DNA from: a bacterium
GTDB lineage: Bacteria; SAR324; NAC60-12
Direction of reading: 5' to 3'
Assembly: GCA_965205865.1 (NCBI GenBank)
Contig: CBDBHR010000024.1
Span: 155,648-219,647 of the forward strand
Length of the DNA: 64,000 bases
Below the pieces are notes generated by a model. It searched no databases. It had not been told where the DNA came from and saw only the letters and a list, made by a program, of their open reading frames with translations. Below, one piece after another: positions 61,946 to 64,000 of this stretch. Each line of letters begins with the position of its first letter. Positions within the stretch are counted from its first letter, which is position 1. The position numbers and the translations under genes are program-made.

Positions 61946-63697
61946 CCCAAATTGAGCGATTCTAAAAAAGGATCAGATTTTCAAGATGATTTTTTTGCCT
62001 GAGAAAGGCAATCATTCTGAAATCAGATTTTGATCATCAAATCCATGGATGTTTGAGTGAGAATGAGCATCAAAATGCTGTTTTCAGATGTGGAAGGTCT
62101 TCATTTCTCATGTTTTGGACGCACTTATCCCCTTAAACTTTAATGTTTTTGTTTTTTAATTGAAGCGAAACCCGTTGATCAGATTGGCGCCAATGCGTGC
62201 TGGCAGGTGGCAAATAGTTGGTCCAATTGCAAGCGCTCAAAGGTCTTTTTTGGTATTTTCAAGATCAGTTTTCCGGCATGACGAAGCAGTTTGCCTGCCG
62301 TATCAAGAAACTGGCGCCGGAAGGTATCAGCATACATCGTTACCGCAATCACTGGCTTGCTGACATCTTCTTTGAAGGATTCGAAGAGGTTATTGCCAAG
62401 CAGCATCAGATAGTACCATGCGGTATTGGAAATGAAGTCCTTGAAGGGAAGTTGTTGATGACCAAAGTTTTTCAGCGCCCGGTTGGCCAGTTCATCCTTT
62501 CCCCGTCCGTGGTACGAGCCAAGGATGCTATGAGCATCGATGCGCTTTTCTTCAGCGGCTTGGCTGAGTTGGCCATCAATGGCCTCTCCCATACCAAGGT
62601 TCGTAATGATCACGCCATCATGATCCAAACCCGGCAAAGAGAGTTGGCTATCGTGTTCAATCAAGCGGCTGTAGATCGTGCGACGAGCCTTCTTCCATGT
62701 CCCCTGCTGGCTCTTAAACTCGGTGTACTGCCAGATCTCCTTCTTGCCCGATGAAGTGAAGGTCTGCCAGTCAGTGGCTTCTTCCGCAGCATTCCTCACA
62801 TTGGCATAGGACTTTCCTCCGCTTCAGCTAACCGATGTTCAGTCGTTCACAGGTTTCAAAGATTTTTTCGTCAAAAAAACCGGTGTCCATGCGCACCATG
62901 ATTGGTACATCATCTCGGTATTGGCGGCGAATCCTTTTCACGATATGAACCAGCATATTCTGAACAGTTTTCCCGTGATTCGAATGTTTGCTACCTCCGC
63001 GAAAAACTGCGTCAACCATATAACGACCCCAATTCATCTGCAGGGGATGAAATCCTTTGACCATCTTGTAAGTCGGCTGGACACCATGGCGTTTCAGGGC
63101 ATCATCATTATCAAGTACCATCGAATCCAGACCCAACACAATCACCGTTGGACAAGTCTTCTTCAGTCTCCAGATAAACAGTATCTGCAGCAGATGACGA
63201 AACAGGTAGACTCGTACAAAAGAGAACTTTCCAAAAAATCTTTTCACGGCATGCGAGGAGGCAAGGTCTTGCTCACTGCATGACAGCAAGGCGGCATAAC
63301 CCTCGCCCCTTTTGAGGTGATCGAACCAACTGAGATGACGGCTGCTGCCGTCCATGAAAAAACAGAGGATCTGCACAAAAAAATCAGAGACAGCAATTCC
63401 TTTTTTATTTTTACGCATCGAACCAAACAACCTTTCGATGATCGGCATCAGCCGAATGCTTTGCAGATACTGGGCAAACAAGGCCAATCCGGCACGACTT
63501 GTCAAGTGTTCATCGGTTGGCTGAATGGCATCAATTATCTGTTTCTTTTTATCCTGAACTGTTATATTTTTTCCCATAAAGCTCTCTACCTGTTGGGTTG
63601 TGTTAGATTTTGTGAATTTTTTTATTTTAACCACTGAAATATAACACATTTTTCCCAAGGTTGGGAGCTTTTTTTATTACGAATCGCTCAACTTAGG
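61946..63697 (-). mobile_element. IS1380-family insertion sequence with a disrupted transposase
   Basis: IRs CCCAAATTGAGCGATTC and GAATCGCTCAACTTAGG, with a 5-bp TGATA duplication on both sides. Transposase motifs LTSRAGL, LDSMV, VRMDTG and YHGRGKDE are split by a TAG and a frameshift near 62828. Confidence 0.92.
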
Positions 63698-64000
63698 TGA
63701 TAATATTTTTCGAATCGGACCATTATCTTGCGAAACCTGTTGAACCATGAATGACTCACCTCGACGACCCATCTTCCGGGTCTGTATTGGGGATTTGCTT
63801 TTTTTTCTTGAATCCCTTTATTCTGTCTCTGAAAGCGGTCAGATTTTGTTACATTTGAGCAAGATTTTCACTGCATTTCGTTAAAATTTCGTTAGAGATT
63901 GGCAAGAAATTTACTAACTTTATGTCCTGAGATTAGGACGGGTTGTTCAATAATATTCGGAATGATAGACAAAAAGGCTTGGCATATACTTGGAATCTGC

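Noticed and set aside
63980-63995. TGGCATATACTTGGAA as a sigma54 promoter
   Set aside because: The -12 element is poor and the downstream gene lies outside the window.

Overview
Bacterial chromosomal window. The gene style suggests a deltaproteobacteria-like organism such as SAR324, which is inference only. It has three parts. (1) 1-11.8 kb: a peptide/nickel-family ABC importer preceded by a sigma54-type promoter, two palindromic enhancer-like sites and an IHF-like site. Upstream are a small toxin-antitoxin-like pair and a ~2100-aa sigma54 activator built as IS1595-transposase Zn-ribbon/HTH + pseudokinase + P-loop NTPase + helical repeats + GAF + PAS + sigma54 AAA+ + Fis-HTH. (2) 11.9-25.8 kb: a decaying defence/mobile island. 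It holds an intact Phd-VapC pair and intact type III R-M genes, plus pseudogenes of radC, an MNT-HEPN pair, a CI-like repressor, a large nuclease-helical-repeat protein, and RAYT, IS5, ISNCY and IS256 transposases. (3) 26-64 kb: shuffled housekeeping genes (ispB-like, infC-rpmI-rplT, five tRNAs, mnmG, mutM, pmbA, greA, clpSA, cysKE, pyrE, prmA, queA, scpA, a long secretin, ispD, purL/purQ), ending in hicB and a complete IS1380 with IRs and a TSD. The most notable points are the transposase-capped giant activator and its predicted target, a CIRCE operator in front of a small SutA-like gene, an ITS-type tRNA-Ile/Ala pair with no rRNA, REP-like DNA inside purL and scpA, and a secretin with six N-repeats. 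No CRISPR array or rRNA gene was seen. All family calls come from motif recognition by eye, not database searches.
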